Assembly (NCBI GenBank): GCA_051294375.1
Contig: CM119268.1
Location: 20,953,869-21,017,868 of the forward strand
DNA from: Paraspadella gotoi
Taxonomy: Eukaryota; Animalia; Chaetognatha
Direction of reading: 5' to 3'
Length of the DNA: 64,000 nucleotides
In this document: positions 61,621 to 64,000 of the stretch, in pieces
Numbering within the stretch: the first letter of the stretch is position 1
How the letters are laid out: every line of letters starts with the position of its first letter
Notes under the pieces: model-generated
Told to the model about the DNA's origin: nothing
Database searches by the model: none
Seen by the model: only the letters and a program-made list of their open reading frames with translations
Program-made: the position numbers and the translations under genes

Positions 61621-64000
61621 AATATGCTTCGGTTTTCGGCCACGCCTCTTTTTTCTTCGCCCGCTCCGCCCGAGAGTTTAGAGCGACGTCTTCATTTTTG
61701 TTCCTCCTTCAACTCCTCTTTCTTCTCCTTCTACTCCTTCTTCTTCTACTCCTTCTTCTTCTTCTCCTTCTTCTCCTTATCCTTCTCTTTATTATCCCCT
61801 TGTCATTCATTCCCGCCTCCTCATCCTCTTGCTCATCCTCTTCCTCATCCTCCTTCTCCTTCATTTCCGCCTCTTTATCCNNNNNNNNNNNNNNNNNNNN
61901 NNNNNNNNNNNNNNNNNNNNNNNNNNNNNNNNNNNNNNNNNNNNNNNNNNNNNNNNNNNNNNNNNNNNNNNNNNNNNNNNNNNNNNNNNNNNNNNNNNNN
62001 NNNNNNNNNNNNNNNNNNNNNNNNNNNNNNNNNNNNNNNNNNNNNNNNNNNNNNNNNNNNNNNNNNNNNNNNNNNNNNNNNNNNNNNNNNNNNNNNNNNN
62101 NNNNNNNNNNNCCTCTTCCTCCTTCTCCTTCATTTCCATCTCTTCATCCTCTTCTCCTCTTCCTCCACAGTATTTCTTCCAGACGTATTTCGTCTTCACT
62201 GTTTAAACTAAAATTAAAGAAAGATAATCGTCATATTCGTCGTTGTTGTTATTGTTGTTGTCGTTGTTGTCGTCGTCATCGTCGTAGANNNNNNNNNNNN
62301 NNNNNNNNNNNNNNNNNNNNNNNNNNNNNNNNNNNNNNNNNNNNNNNNNNNNNNNNNNNNNNNNNNNNNNNNNNNNNNNNNNNNNNNNNNNNNNNNNNNN
62401 NNNNNNNNNNNNNNNNNNNNNNNNNNNNNNNNNNNNNNNNNNNNNNNNNNNNNNNNNNNNNNNNNNNNNNNNNNNNNNNNNNNNNNNNNNNNNNNNNNNN
62501 NNNNNNNNNNNNNNNNNNNNNNNNNNNNNNNNNNNNNNNNNNNNNNNNNNNNNNNNNNNTTCTTTTCTTTTCTTTTCTGCTTTTTTCTCTCTTCTTCTTA
62601 TTTTCTTTTTCTTTCATTTCATTTCCTTTTTTTCCTCCCTACAAATTCAGTAAATCGAAGAAAAGATTAAGTTTCTTTTCGAGAATCAAATTGATTAAAA
62701 GATTAAGTAAATCGATCGAAAATCAGAGAAAGCGGAAAAACTCGACGAGAGAGTCGGTCGGTCTGCATGTCAGTCTGTCTGTCTTTTTCTGGGTCTATCG
62801 GTGTTTTAATCGGACAATAGCAACAATATCACGCAGGGGGAGTGACTAGTCCCTCTAAAAATTTCTAATACTCTATTGCCCTCTATTGCAATACAATTTG
62901 CAAACAACTTCATATGACTTTCTTTATATAAATCGAGTTGAAATTATCTTAGCGCGAAATTGCAAACGATTATCTTTCCTTCATGAAAATGCAACGAAGA
63001 AAGAAAGTTGGGCGGGAGACTAAGTGAACTTTGGAGCGAAAAAAAAGAATTTTAAATGAAAGAGTTTTTAACTGGCGAAGAGAAAAAGTTGGAGAAATGA
63101 ATATTAAAACAGTTTAGAGATAAAAATCTGTAAAAAANNNNNNNNNNNNNNNNNNNNNNNNNNNNNNNNNNNNNNNNNNNNNNNNNNNNNNNNNNNNNNN
63201 NNNNNNNNNNNNNNNNNNNNNNNNNNNNNNNNNNNNNNNNNNNNNNNNNNNNNNNNNNNNNNNNNNNNNNNNNNNNNNNNNNNNNNNNNNNNNNNNNNGA
63301 GAGAGAGAGAGAGAGAGAGAGAGCGATGCAGAAAGATGACGATTAAAGGTCGTCACAAATGACAAGAAAATGTTGTTCGTGAGTTATGGTGACTCGATTC
63401 CGTGGGAGGAGGAAGAGAGATAACGGGAAAAAAAATAAAAGGAGGAAAGAAATAAGGAGAAAAAGGAATGAATAAAAAGAAAAGGAGGAAGTGAGATAAG
63501 AGAGGAAAAAAGGAAAATGAGGAATGAAAGAAGGAGAGAAAGGAATGGAAAAAAAGGTTAGAAAATAAAGAGAGAGGAAAAAAGAAAGATAGAAAGATTG
63601 ATAAACAATAGAAAGAAACGTGATAGAAAAAAAAACAAGAAGAAAAAGAAAGAAAAGTAAAAGAAGAGAGAAAAAAAGAAAACAAAAAAGGAGCAGAGGT
63701 GAAGAAAGAAACGAATCAAAGCGAAAGTACGTGAGGTCAGTCAGTCCGTCAAAGTTCTCACCTTTTTTTTCCGAGTTTAAACTTTTTTCTTCATTCTAAT
63801 TCTTTTCCCTTTCTTTCTGCCTTTTTCTTCATTTTTTTCTCTTTTTATTATTATTATTTTCTCTTAAGTTATTGTGTTAATGAACTCTCATAATTTTATA
63901 GGTTGTTACTCTCACAATCATCAAGGGAAATTTTTACAAAATCTTTGAGGAATCAAATTCGTGAGAAAAACGAATTCGTTCTGACGGATTTTTATCGAGC

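Overview
AT-rich, microsatellite-saturated eukaryotic (probably invertebrate animal) draft sequence. No complete recognisable host gene, rRNA, intact tRNA or CRISPR array was found. Most long ORFs in the track are translations of (GA)n, (CT)n, (TG)n tracts or N gaps. The best-supported real features are: (1) a 5'-truncated Jockey/I-group-like LINE (ORF1 with three CCHC knuckles, APE endonuclease, reverse transcriptase) inserted into a local repeat; (2) a 975-bp fully palindromic hAT-type MITE with a perfect 8-bp TSD, nested in a tRNA-derived SINE-like element that has a second copy at the window start; (3) several minisatellites; (4) a handful of candidate exons (a beta-TrCP/Fbxw-like terminal WD40 repeat, a plus-strand exon chain, a duplicated minus-strand exon pair, a possible GPCR tail). 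Much of the window looks like long-read gap-filling artefact: 25-N gaps flanked by duplicated sequence, an indel-ridden second copy of ~9.2-24.4 kb at 24.4-34.8 kb, and insertion-inflated noise inside the LINE. A ~10.2-kb tandem duplication (39.2-59.3 kb) may be real or haplotypic. I found no convincing novel biological system; the candidates most worth testing are listed with caveats.
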